Shown here piece by piece: positions 1 to 9,198 of a DNA stretch of 64,000 nucleotides. The position numbers and the translations under genes are program-made. Position 1 is the stretch's first letter. Every line of letters starts with the position of its first letter. The notes under the pieces are model-generated. The model was not told the DNA's origin and did no database searches. It saw only the letters and a list, made by a program, of their open reading frames with translations. This DNA comes from a virus, in the IMG/VR virus record IMGVR_UViG_3300027896_000024, positions 1 through 64,000 of that record, one strand, 5' to 3'.

Positions 1-222
1 CGATCTGGCCATAAGATATGGTTTGGATTTTTCCAAATCAAGGACGCTACTACCGGGGCATGGCGAGGACTTAGTGAGGCTTCGGGTGTAGCGGGTTCGT
101 CAACTATACTGTACGACGGAAGCGCCCAGGCACATACTCTGGATCCGGTAACAGGGGAGCTTTCAATTGATGCCGGAGGTCCAGCCGACTTCGGGGCAGG
201 TGCCGCCGGAGGTCTTGTCATT

Positions 223-960
223 GTGGATATGCGGGCTGGACTATTTGATGACAAGTACTGTGACTGGATTGCGATTGCCGGCAGTAGGGTAGTGGGCAAT
301 AAGATCACAGGGTGTACAAGTTTTATTCCGTTCTTTGATCCCGATGTGGACGGGAAGTATAAGAATCTTCGGTTAATGATCGTGAAGCCGTTTTGGGAAT
401 GGACGGCAGAGGGTTACCAGGGCAATCAGACTGGCATGGGTTCATACGGTGGACAATATTGGCAGAGGGGTGGTGATAAGTCTACACAGACATTTGAGTC
501 GATCGATATGCCATATGATCCTGCGTTGGATATCACAGATATCCAGGGTCGTGTATGGTTCAGGAATGGCTATTCATTCTCGGATGATGATACGGTATCA
601 CCGAATGCGGAAGCGCCTCCGCCAGTAGGGAATGATCCAGGAGTAGTAATTCTTACATGGTCAGCAACAATCACAATCGACTGCAATCTTGGTAGTATAT
701 TCTTTTTGAAGCTACTCGGAGATTGTACGCTGGCGCCACTTGTCAATGCAAAGAATCTTCGCCCGATTATCCTGGTGACGCAACAGGATCCTACAGGGGG
801 TAGGCATTTGTTTCTTGATGCAAAGTACAATACGGGAATAGACATTGACGATATGGTATGCCCTATGGACAGTGACGAAAGGACATACTATGGATTTATG
901 TACTTTGCGGATTCTGATTTGATTGATATCGTGGCGTTCGTAAGAGGGTACAACGGATGA
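223..960 (+). CDS. Tail/tail-fibre-associated protein (probably the C-terminal part of a gene starting upstream of the window)
   Basis: C-terminal 'TITIDCNLGSIFFLKL...TQQDPTGGR' module of the kind seen in phage tail-fibre proteins; lies upstream of the lysis module. Confidence 0.5.
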   Translation: MDMRAGLFDDKYCDWIAIAGSRVVGNKITGCTSFIPFFDPDVDGKYKNLRLMIVKPFWEWTAEGYQGNQTGMGSYGGQYWQRGGDKSTQTFESIDMPYDPALDITDIQGRVWFRNGYSFSDDDTVSPNAEAPPPVGNDPGVVILTWSATITIDCNLGSIFFLKLLGDCTLAPLVNAKNLRPIILVTQQDPTGGRHLFLDAKYNTGIDIDDMVCPMDSDERTYYGFMYFADSDLIDIVAFVRGYNG

Positions 961-1784
961 GCATGTCGGCGTGTTATTCAACATACTATAGGGTGGACTC
1001 TCTTGGTATTGTCACAGATGTGGCTTCAATTATTACCGGATTACGTGCGGCATTAACGGTAAGCCCTCCAGCAGCATCTAGGTGGACGGAACCTGCAGCA
1101 GGAACGTTTAAGTCTCCAGCTCGTGCAGACGGAATGTTTTTTACTGTTACTCCGACTAAGATATCTGCAACTAGAATTGCCTACGTAGTAAGGGACCATT
1201 ACGGACTACTTGTAAACAACGCTACGGACACCCGTCAGGATATTGACACACCGGCCGGAACTACGATTGTGATTTACTCCGGGCCTATGCATTTGGTTGT
1301 TAATTCTGGTAGGACTACACCGGAGGCTTGGTGTTGTGGAATGATGGAGCGATCGCCGGATTTGAATTCTGTACCGCGCGGATTATATTTTGCTAGCTAT
1401 GGTCCGCGAAATACCGCGGGGTCACTATCAGGAAATGAATGGGGATGTTATTGGGTTTGGAGTCCTAATACCGGATTATACGTGGGATCCAATCAAAGAG
1501 CCTACTGTCTTGCTTATCGTCAGCCAGCACAGTCTGGTTTATATAGTTCAGATAGGTTTACGATAGCAGGGGATTTGATAAATTTTACATTGGAATTTAT
1601 TTGTGTTAACTGGTGGATGGGCAGGTTTCCTCAGGCAATAATTACGGATCAGTCAAGAGCTTATGGAGAATCAGTGAGATGTCCGATTGATGATGCTGGA
1701 ACGGTTGGTACATTTCAAGTGGTTGGATTTCCTCCAGATGTTTATCAGTATACAAGAGCCAAATTGGCAATAAGGACAGGATGA
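957..1784 (+). CDS. Putative tail/receptor-binding protein, paralog A1
   Basis: Clearly similar to 2611-3450 (KISATRIAYVVRDHYGLLVNNATDTRQDI vs RISATRLSFIMYDNIGLLVNNQTDTRLDI); overlapping start/stop with neighbours. Confidence 0.5.
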   Translation: MSMSACYSTYYRVDSLGIVTDVASIITGLRAALTVSPPAASRWTEPAAGTFKSPARADGMFFTVTPTKISATRIAYVVRDHYGLLVNNATDTRQDIDTPAGTTIVIYSGPMHLVVNSGRTTPEAWCCGMMERSPDLNSVPRGLYFASYGPRNTAGSLSGNEWGCYWVWSPNTGLYVGSNQRAYCLAYRQPAQSGLYSSDRFTIAGDLINFTLEFICVNWWMGRFPQAIITDQSRAYGESVRCPIDDAGTVGTFQVVGFPPDVYQYTRAKLAIRTG

Positions 1785-2611
1785 GTACGCCTCATTTTTT
1801 GACTTCGAGTCATAGATATTTCAGACGCCAAGGCGTGACTGATGTTCAGACTATTATGGATGACTTCTATGCGGAAACAGTAACGCATGGTGGTTGGTCT
1901 GACCAAGGTGCCGGGAAGCTACGTTCACCAAATACAGATGGACGTTGGATGGATATTACTTTGGCTCGGGCTGCTATAAACAAGTTGAACATGACCCTGG
2001 GGGATCAGACACTTGGTTTTTATACGATATGTGCCAGACAGGCTCAAGGAGTAGCGGCTCACGCTTGGGATGTCAGAATATTTACTGGCCAGTTTCATGC
2101 GTACATAGACATCATTAGCGATCCGTTAAACGCGGAATGTGTCTATGCTGGAATTCTTGATATGTGGCCCGATAGTCCTTTTACTCAAACAGTTGATTAT
2201 CATCCTACGGTGTATGGCAACGGAAGCAGAACAACCGTCGGTGTATATACTGCGGCAGATAACGATGTATCTAAGGCATGGATGCGGGATCAGGTTAGCT
2301 CTTGTCAAATGTGGCCGAGAGTCGGAATTCTTACTGGAGGAAGTAGCACGGACGTTGGTGTCAGAACTCTGGAATTAGTTAGATCTTATCATCCAAGAGA
2401 GTTTTGGGCATCGGGTCCTGGACAAGTATTAACAGGGTCGTATTTTGGTCATTACGCAGGCCGGGCTTATAATACATTGTTTGTTGATGGTTCCCTGACT
2501 CCTGGATCAGAATTATATATTTCAGTCGATGCAGGGTTCCCTGTTAGGTTTGTAACTATTGCAGGTATCCCGGTAAACTGGGGAAGAATGTTAGCGGTGA
2601 GGGCAGACTAA
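1781..2611 (+). CDS. Putative tail/receptor-binding protein, paralog B1
   Basis: Clearly similar to 3447-4259 (RWMDI, RIFTGQFHA, YAGRAY motifs). Confidence 0.5.
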   Translation: MSTPHFLTSSHRYFRRQGVTDVQTIMDDFYAETVTHGGWSDQGAGKLRSPNTDGRWMDITLARAAINKLNMTLGDQTLGFYTICARQAQGVAAHAWDVRIFTGQFHAYIDIISDPLNAECVYAGILDMWPDSPFTQTVDYHPTVYGNGSRTTVGVYTAADNDVSKAWMRDQVSSCQMWPRVGILTGGSSTDVGVRTLELVRSYHPREFWASGPGQVLTGSYFGHYAGRAYNTLFVDGSLTPGSELYISVDAGFPVRFVTIAGIPVNWGRMLAVRAD

Positions 2612-3450
2612 TGGGAGTTCCAGTACATTACAATACGCAATTTACTTATAGAGAACATGTAGCTGTAGTGGATGTTCAAACCATTATAGACGATCTCTAT
2701 ACAGACCTTGTAACAACAGGAGGTTGGACTTGTACAGTAGGTGGAGTTGGGGTTACTCCAACAACGTATAAAACTCCAACAAGATCCGACGGGGCATTTT
2801 TTACAATTACCCTGACAAGGATTTCAGCGACGCGATTATCTTTTATTATGTATGACAACATTGGGCTACTGGTAAACAATCAAACAGATACAAGGTTGGA
2901 CATAGCGGCATCCCCAGGAAACTCGGTTCAGACATATGCAGGACCATTTCATCTTGTTGTGAATTCGGCTAGGGCCACGCCAGAGTGTTTTATGTGCGGT
3001 ATAGCAGATCAGACTCCAGAACCTTTGGCAACGCCGCGTCCTATATTCTTTGCTTCTGCAGGACCTAGGAACAATGCAGGAACATTAACGATGCAGACTT
3101 GGGGCAATCTATTTATGTTGCTACCTGGTACGGCAGCGTATGCGGTTCAGTCGGCAGCGTATTCTTGTTGTATGGCAAGGGCACCGCAGCAAGGAACTCA
3201 GTATATACTGGCTACTCTTTCTGGTACGTATGTGGCATGGCCGGCAGAGTTTTACTTCCCCGGAACAATGTCTGTATCGGGATGGTGGGCAGGTAGGATT
3301 TGTCAGTGTGTTATGGTGGACAGTAGCTTGTTAACTTTCGGATCGGAAATAAATGTTCCCTTAGACGGAACGACTACTGGTGTTTTCAAAGTAGTTGGGT
3401 TGACAGCATATAGCTATATATTGTTGGCTTTCAGGAAGGCTACGTTATGA
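2611..3450 (+). CDS. Putative tail/receptor-binding protein, paralog A2
   Basis: Paralog of 957-1784. Confidence 0.5.
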   Translation: MGVPVHYNTQFTYREHVAVVDVQTIIDDLYTDLVTTGGWTCTVGGVGVTPTTYKTPTRSDGAFFTITLTRISATRLSFIMYDNIGLLVNNQTDTRLDIAASPGNSVQTYAGPFHLVVNSARATPECFMCGIADQTPEPLATPRPIFFASAGPRNNAGTLTMQTWGNLFMLLPGTAAYAVQSAAYSCCMARAPQQGTQYILATLSGTYVAWPAEFYFPGTMSVSGWWAGRICQCVMVDSSLLTFGSEINVPLDGTTTGVFKVVGLTAYSYILLAFRKATL

Positions 3451-4259
3451 GTGCTCCGGAATTCTTGTGCTCAAGTTATCGCTATTTCTCAAGAAGCGGC
3501 GTATCAGATGTCGCGACTATTATTACTGACTTCGAATCAGAAACAGTGACTTACGGAAACTGGACTTTGGTGAGCGCTGGGTTATACAAATCTCCGGCAG
3601 ATAACGTATCCAGGTGGATGGATATCCTATTGACTAGGATCAGTCAGTACAAGTTGGAGATGCGTCTTAGGGATAACTTGGGAGTGACTATTTGTACTCG
3701 TAGAATAAACTTACCGTCGACTAATAACTGGATAGTTAGGATTTATACAGGACAATTTCACGCTATTATAGATGTGGATCCTGGTTCGTTGGTGTACGAG
3801 CATTTAACGGCAGGAATTCTGGATTTATCTCCGGAAGCTCAGAATGCGCATACTCATTTTGTTTATGGAGGTGGAACTAGGAATACTTCTGATGCGCTGG
3901 ATGCATATGGAACTAATCCGTTTCAACTGTATGCGATAGATAACGTAACTCCAACAGGAGTAGTTAGGGTTGGCAGGTTCTCTGGTAACTACGGTAGCTA
4001 TTCTTTGTATGGTGGTCGTACCCTGAACGGTTCGAGAGTGTTCAGAATGCGTGAGGTGTTTATCAAAGCGGCGGGCGCTCTTTATTTGTCATATGCTGGT
4101 CGTTGCTACCAGCAGATATTGGTGGACGCATTTATACAGCCATCGTCGGAGTTGTTAATACCTATTGATACAGGTCTTACGGCAAAGTTTAAGTGTATGG
4201 GTTATCAGGACTCTGTCGGATATGTATTACCCTGGCGTGTTGCGGTGAGGATAGCATAA
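3447..4259 (+). CDS. Putative tail/receptor-binding protein, paralog B2
   Basis: Paralog of 1781-2611. Confidence 0.5.
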   Translation: MSAPEFLCSSYRYFSRSGVSDVATIITDFESETVTYGNWTLVSAGLYKSPADNVSRWMDILLTRISQYKLEMRLRDNLGVTICTRRINLPSTNNWIVRIYTGQFHAIIDVDPGSLVYEHLTAGILDLSPEAQNAHTHFVYGGGTRNTSDALDAYGTNPFQLYAIDNVTPTGVVRVGRFSGNYGSYSLYGGRTLNGSRVFRMREVFIKAAGALYLSYAGRCYQQILVDAFIQPSSELLIPIDTGLTAKFKCMGYQDSVGYVLPWRVAVRIA

Positions 4260-5038
4260 TGCCAAAGCTACCGATAACTAAGTACTCAAATATTTATCAG
4301 GACTTGGTAGATTTTGCTATCAAGTATTTCGGGCGTCTTACTGGTCCGCCCGCTTCTGAGTTTATGGAGTTTTTTACAACAAACAGACTAGTACAGTTGG
4401 CGGAATATTTTGCATTGATAAAGATTGAGCAAGGAAACATTCCTTATCCTTATAGCACGACGTACGATATTGCTGGTGGGTCTTGCCTTGTAAAAAATAA
4501 TCCTTATTGGGACGCTGGACAAGGTCAATTAAATGTGGATGCTGTTCCGGCGAATATGCCACCAACGGGAATAATAAGAGTTAATGGAGAGGCTTGCTAT
4601 TATTACTTTAAAGACGGTACGCATTTTTTCGTTCAGACTAGTGCTGGTATTAGTGGAAGAAACTATCCGTTCGGTGGTGCAGGTTCTAGGCATTATTTGA
4701 ATGAAACAGTTTTGTATGGTGGAGCGATGGGAATGCTGGTGGGAAACCACGAGTTCAAGATATCGCCTCCGGGTTCGAAAAAAGGCGGAGTATTTATGCC
4801 AATTATCCTGAGATATTTGGCAGAAAGGTTTATCAAAAAGACTACAACGAAATCGGGGGATGTTCCGACAGTTGGTGGGGATGATCCGAACCCGGGAATT
4901 CCTACACCGCCAGAGACCCCGTATACACCGCCGGGTGGTGGTCCTGGGCCTGGCGGGCCTGTTGATGATCCTGGATTTGGTGGAGACGGTGACGATCCTG
5001 ATCATAGGAAGGATGATCCTGGACTGTTAATGACTTAG
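4259..5038 (+). CDS. Hypothetical virion-associated protein with Pro/Gly/Asp-rich tail
   Basis: ATG at 4259 overlaps upstream TAA; low-complexity C-terminus. Confidence 0.45.
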   Translation: MPKLPITKYSNIYQDLVDFAIKYFGRLTGPPASEFMEFFTTNRLVQLAEYFALIKIEQGNIPYPYSTTYDIAGGSCLVKNNPYWDAGQGQLNVDAVPANMPPTGIIRVNGEACYYYFKDGTHFFVQTSAGISGRNYPFGGAGSRHYLNETVLYGGAMGMLVGNHEFKISPPGSKKGGVFMPIILRYLAERFIKKTTTKSGDVPTVGGDDPNPGIPTPPETPYTPPGGGPGPGGPVDDPGFGGDGDDPDHRKDDPGLLMT

Positions 5039-5100
5039 TAGGTTGAGATAACCAAAGTAAGAAACAAGACCGCCGGTGAGGACGGCCGGGAGATAAATAG

Positions 5101-5640
5101 ATGAATACATCACAGACTAACATTTCAATGTTGTCCGCGATTTTCGGAGCTAAAGGAAGGGCGGCAACACACGCAAGAGAGTCTATTATGCGTAAGAAGG
5201 AACTAGCAGATTTGCGAGAGATGACACAGGATTTGGAAATCGAACAACGCAAGGTTCGTCAAGACTTGGTTACGTTCGACGGTTTCTTTTCCGGTGTTTC
5301 TCTGGGATTGGCAATGGTTACACTGGAGTACACGTACTACAAAGTGAATATACCTTACGCCCGGTTATTAAACGCAAAGCCGGATGAACTAGTCGGTGTT
5401 CGCGTTGATAGTCGTTGGCCGCCGGCAGAACCAAACATATTGGAACTATTAAAGAGGGCAGAGGCCGAAGGCTTTGTAGATTTAACGTTACTCAATATCA
5501 AACAGGACGTTGCGCCCCGCTATTTAGTGATTAGCGTTAAGCATATTGTAAATGACGGTTATGGCATTGTGCTGGAGGACCAGGGGAGAATTTGCGAAAG
5601 GATGGGTTGTCCGAATCGCATGTTGCCTAATGGAAGGTAG
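5101..5640 (+). CDS. Hypothetical protein
   Basis: 179-aa ORF with GGAG RBS. Confidence 0.55.
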   Translation: MNTSQTNISMLSAIFGAKGRAATHARESIMRKKELADLREMTQDLEIEQRKVRQDLVTFDGFFSGVSLGLAMVTLEYTYYKVNIPYARLLNAKPDELVGVRVDSRWPPAEPNILELLKRAEAEGFVDLTLLNIKQDVAPRYLVISVKHIVNDGYGIVLEDQGRICERMGCPNRMLPNGR

Positions 5641-5644
5641 TATC

Positions 5645-5884
5645 ATGGCACCTGAAAAAATTCCAGAAGAAGCGACCAACGGATGGAGCGTATGGAGTAA
5701 GCGCATTCTGTACCAGTTGGAAATGGGTGATAAGAACTATGAGCGGATCATTGAACAGATTGAACAGATGCGTATTGATATTGCTTTGCTCAAGTTCAAG
5801 TCGATGTTATTCGGTGCGTTAGCTGGTTCGATTTTATCGGCCGCAATGACGCTGTTAATTGAGTACTTAAAAAGGAGGCCGTAA
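5645..5884 (+). CDS. Small membrane protein (coiled coil plus C-terminal TM; holin-like)
   Basis: MAPEKIP... with C-terminal hydrophobic helix, in the lysis region. Confidence 0.45.
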   Translation: MAPEKIPEEATNGWSVWSKRILYQLEMGDKNYERIIEQIEQMRIDIALLKFKSMLFGALAGSILSAAMTLLIEYLKRRP

Positions 5885-6309
5885 TGGAGGACCAGAAGAA
5901 CCTAGAGGGCAACGATAGCGGAGTGGAATTGAAAGCGATTCGTAAGCTGGTAATAGCCCACGCCAGGAAGGTGTACCTTGCTTATGCTGCGATGATCCTT
6001 ATTGTATTAGGTGTAGTGACGTTTGAGGCTATTTCCTGGTACGGGGACGTGCAGACGGCAAAGATGGCGGCCCAGGTTGCAGCGCAGGTTAAAACAAACG
6101 GCGCTATTATTTCTAGCAGTCATGATGCAATCAAGGCACTGGAAAAAGAATTGACATCCATGAAGATGATGAACATTCAGCAGCAGCATTTACTGGTGGC
6201 AACACACCGGGAGTTTCTTACTAGCAAAACCTGTGAGATACATCACAGTGATTCAACAAAGCAGTGGTTAATGGAGTTAATGAAGGACGACAAGCTAGTC
6301 AAAAAATGA
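5884..6309 (+). CDS. Single-TM membrane protein of the lysis region
   Basis: One N-proximal TM helix followed by coiled coil. Confidence 0.45.
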   Translation: MEDQKNLEGNDSGVELKAIRKLVIAHARKVYLAYAAMILIVLGVVTFEAISWYGDVQTAKMAAQVAAQVKTNGAIISSSHDAIKALEKELTSMKMMNIQQQHLLVATHREFLTSKTCEIHHSDSTKQWLMELMKDDKLVKK

Positions 6310-6323
6310 AAGGAATTTAGGCA

Positions 6324-6815
6324 ATGTTAACACCGGAACAGCAAAAGAATCTCAAGCTAATCGCTGAGGCATCCGTGGCGTGTGAGTTCATTACGGGATG
6401 CCCAGCAATGGTGTCTGCCGCGCAGTGCATCCTGGAGTCTGGATGGTTAAAGGCTTGTCCTGGTAATAACTGTTTCGGAATCAAGGATACGGATCGTTAC
6501 CCGGGCAGTCAGTACGTGCTCACAAAGGAGTACATTAACGGAGAATGGGTAACTCAGACTTTATTGTTTGAGGTATACCCGTCGTTGACGGATTGCTTTG
6601 TGGATCACGCTCGGTTGATAACCGGTGGATTCTACGCAAACAAACCGAATTGCTATTCGGTGGCGTTCAAACAGTATTTGGTGGACAAGGATGTGGACAA
6701 GTACATTCGGGGCATTTCCAAATACTACGCAACTGATCCGACGTATGCGGATCAAATTATTTCACTGGCACATAGTCAGTCCGTAACAAATGCTATTCAG
6801 CAGGCCCGGGTATAA
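6324..6815 (+). CDS. Endolysin, GH73 glucosaminidase (FlgJ-like)
   Basis: AQCILESGW, NNCFGIK and YATDPTYA motifs. Confidence 0.88.
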   Translation: MLTPEQQKNLKLIAEASVACEFITGCPAMVSAAQCILESGWLKACPGNNCFGIKDTDRYPGSQYVLTKEYINGEWVTQTLLFEVYPSLTDCFVDHARLITGGFYANKPNCYSVAFKQYLVDKDVDKYIRGISKYYATDPTYADQIISLAHSQSVTNAIQQARV

Positions 6816-6830
6816 GGGCAGAGGTGTTCC

Positions 6831-7211
6831 GTGTTGAAGCATACCGCAACTAGTGCATGGTTGTTCTATTTGCTCGCGGCTTTACTAACACTCGCGTGGA
6901 AGTGGGCGTCCTGGTGTCACACCGGAAAAAAGACTTTGCAAAAGGGTATCTGGATTAGTACTAAGGAATGGTTTGATATTACCCTGTTTGAGGACAAGTT
7001 GTCCTGGATTACTACGATCGGGGTGGTCTGGATATTCGGTGTGATTTATATCGACCGCGTGACTTGGGCTTGGTTCGGATGGATCCAGGAGATTCCTATA
7101 CACGAAGCGGTAGCATTCTTTTTTGGTTCGTTAATGGAATTTGTTGCGCCAGCGGCCGCAAAGTTTGTACTAAGTAAAATTCCTTATGCGGATTCGTCAA
7201 GGTTAAACTAA
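6831..7211 (+). CDS. Putative holin
   Basis: About 3 hydrophobic segments; directly after the endolysin. Confidence 0.55.
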   Translation: MLKHTATSAWLFYLLAALLTLAWKWASWCHTGKKTLQKGIWISTKEWFDITLFEDKLSWITTIGVVWIFGVIYIDRVTWAWFGWIQEIPIHEAVAFFFGSLMEFVAPAAAKFVLSKIPYADSSRLN

Positions 7212-7226
7212 TGGGGAGTAACGATA

Positions 7227-7673
7227 ATGGTAGGAACTCTTTTATTGAAGGTTATGCCGGGAGTGCCGTCCTGGCTGCGTTGGATCATTTTGTGGGGCGT
7301 CGTTTCCGGGGCGATCTTATACGGCCTAAGGCTTTACTCGAATTCCGTTTACGAACAGGGAAAGCAGCAGGGCAAATTGGCCATAGCCAAGGATCTGGAA
7401 ACGGACACACTGAAAAAGCTAACAGAGGAACGAGCCCAAGTAAAAAAACAAAGCGACGATTTAACGGCCGAAAAGGTTTTGGTGGACAAACGTTTACTGG
7501 AAGCGGAGCAAGCGCGCGCTTCTAGTATGAACACTCTATCTGGCATGTTGACACAGGCCAGAACTCGCCAGGAGGTAACAAATGCGCAGGTTGCTACTAT
7601 TCCTGCTACTGAGCTTGATAACGCCATTCGTGCACAGTCAAACAAGCTCGCAGCAGGTACTATCGGAAAGTGA
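7227..7673 (+). CDS. Putative i-spanin (Rz-like)
   Basis: N-terminal TM then long coiled coil; overlaps the next gene. Confidence 0.55.
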   Translation: MVGTLLLKVMPGVPSWLRWIILWGVVSGAILYGLRLYSNSVYEQGKQQGKLAIAKDLETDTLKKLTEERAQVKKQSDDLTAEKVLVDKRLLEAEQARASSMNTLSGMLTQARTRQEVTNAQVATIPATELDNAIRAQSNKLAAGTIGK

Positions 7674-7968
7674 AAAGCGGCTGATCCTGTCCCAGTTAAT
7701 CGAGCTGGAGGCCAAGCGGTCAGCCGTCCTCGCGTACGAGGATTTCATCAAAAGAGAACAAGATCAGGTGGCCCTGGAGAAATCGAATTACTCCAGGGCG
7801 CTTGAGTTAGAGAAACAAGCTACGGCTTTGGCTCAAAAGGAACGAGACATCGAGAAGCAGAGGGCGGACTTATATGAGGGCCTATATAAGGCGCTCACTA
7901 AGAAAAAGACTATTGGGTGCATTCTTAAAAAGATATTCACTTTGGGGATAGCGCGATGCGGAGGCTAA
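7582..7968 (+). CDS. Secreted coiled-coil protein, possible spanin partner
   Basis: Signal peptide, GGAGG RBS, 92-nt overlap with the Rz-like gene; no lipobox Cys. Confidence 0.4.
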   Translation: MRRLLLFLLLSLITPFVHSQTSSQQVLSESEKRLILSQLIELEAKRSAVLAYEDFIKREQDQVALEKSNYSRALELEKQATALAQKERDIEKQRADLYEGLYKALTKKKTIGCILKKIFTLGIARCGG

Positions 7969-8435
7969 CGATATTTGCGTTTTTGCTTTTGTGTTGTGTC
8001 AAGGTATTCGCTGCGGATGTAACCCTGGCGTGGGATGCTAACACGGAAACCGACCTCGCAGGATATAAGGTGTACTACGGAACGGCATCCGGAGTGTACG
8101 GGGCGCCAATATCGTTAGGCACTCAAACCACGTACACTGTAACTGGGTTGGCCCCAGGAACATATTTTTTCGCAGTGACGGCGTATAATACTTCGGGCCT
8201 AGAGAGCGGGTATTCGAACGAGGTATCGACTACGGTAGCAGGTATATCAGTATGTGATGTGAACGGAGACGGAGGTGTTAACATCATGGACCTGCAGGCA
8301 CTGATCAATTCGATACTCGGAATAAACCCGTTACCGCAGGGCCGAGGTGACATAAATAAGGATGGCCGGGTGGACATATTGGATGTCCAGGTCTTAGTGA
8401 ATGTAATCCTTGGGATTACAGAGTGCAGTAAATAA
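7956..8435 (+). CDS. Secreted FN3 + type I dockerin protein
   Basis: Signal peptide; FN3 (LAWD...GYKVYYG...YFFAVTAYN); duplicated dockerin loops DVNGDGGVNIMD and DINKDGRVDILD. Confidence 0.85.
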   Translation: MRRLTIFAFLLLCCVKVFAADVTLAWDANTETDLAGYKVYYGTASGVYGAPISLGTQTTYTVTGLAPGTYFFAVTAYNTSGLESGYSNEVSTTVAGISVCDVNGDGGVNIMDLQALINSILGINPLPQGRGDINKDGRVDILDVQVLVNVILGITECSK

Positions 8436-8459
8436 CCACGTGGTAAACAAAGGAGCAGT

Positions 8460-8741
8460 ATGAAAGTCAATCTGACAGTCAATTGGACACCGAATGCCGC
8501 CGAAGAGGCGGTAACCGGTTATGATGTGCTTGTGGACGGGGCCGTAGTGGGCTCGTCCGCGGTTCCCGGATTCCAGGGTGATGTCGATGTGGAGCCTGGT
8601 CAGTACGCGCTGACTGTGGTTCCGAACAACGCCTTGGGACCTGGTCCTGCCAGTGACCCTGTGCAGTTCGTCATTCCTGCACTGTGCACGAAGCCGGTCG
8701 GGGTAACAGTCTCGATCAAGCTCAGTGTTCAGGTCGGTTAA
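8460..8741 (+). CDS. FN3/Ig-like single-domain protein
   Basis: VNWTPN...VTGYDV...YALTVVPNNALGPGPAS FN3 pattern; AAGGAG RBS. Confidence 0.65.
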   Translation: MKVNLTVNWTPNAAEEAVTGYDVLVDGAVVGSSAVPGFQGDVDVEPGQYALTVVPNNALGPGPASDPVQFVIPALCTKPVGVTVSIKLSVQVG

Positions 8742-9079
8742 TGAAAGCGGTGATACTGATGGTTACCGTTTTTCTATACGTCGATCGGCCTGTATGTACC
8801 CTGCAGTTTGATCTGAATACTAGCGGCCAGGTCACGGTTGCAAGTACAGTTCAGAAGCAGGTGTCCCAGGCTTCGATCGGCGGAGGTAAGACGCGTGTGA
8901 TCATCTTTGGCTTAAACCAGGTCATGTTCAGCGGACACTTCGCTTCGGTTAACGGCGTAGTTTCTGGTACAGTTACCAACGTTGTAGGATCGGACGCCAA
9001 CGGCAATTCGGTTCCCGTCAACGTGAAGTATATAAACCAGCCAAAGAACGTGAAGGTGACGGTCACACCGAAGAAGTAG
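8741..9079 (+). CDS. Cohesin-like beta-sandwich protein
   Basis: LQFDL...RVIIFGLNQ pattern reminiscent of non-cellulosomal cohesin domains; two genes after the dockerin gene. Confidence 0.5.
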   Translation: MKAVILMVTVFLYVDRPVCTLQFDLNTSGQVTVASTVQKQVSQASIGGGKTRVIIFGLNQVMFSGHFASVNGVVSGTVTNVVGSDANGNSVPVNVKYINQPKNVKVTVTPKK

Positions 9080-9084
9080 GAATC

Positions 9085-9140
9085 AGGCGGGTGGTTAGGG
9101 ACCAGCTGTTTTCCTAGCTACCCGCCTTGTTCTGTTTTGT
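9085..9140 (+). terminator. Intrinsic terminator ending the late/lysis operon
   Basis: AGGCGGGTGGTTAGG...CCTAGCTACCCGCCT stem followed by a T-rich tract. Confidence 0.7.
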
Positions 9141-9198
9141 ATAATATGAGATATAAGAAACTTATTCGTAAATCGCAATCATACTTAGACCGTGATAT

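Noticed and set aside
957-4259. Diversity-generating retroelement acting on the tail paralogs
   Set aside because: No reverse transcriptase is seen, and no near-identical TR/VR pair differing only at adenines
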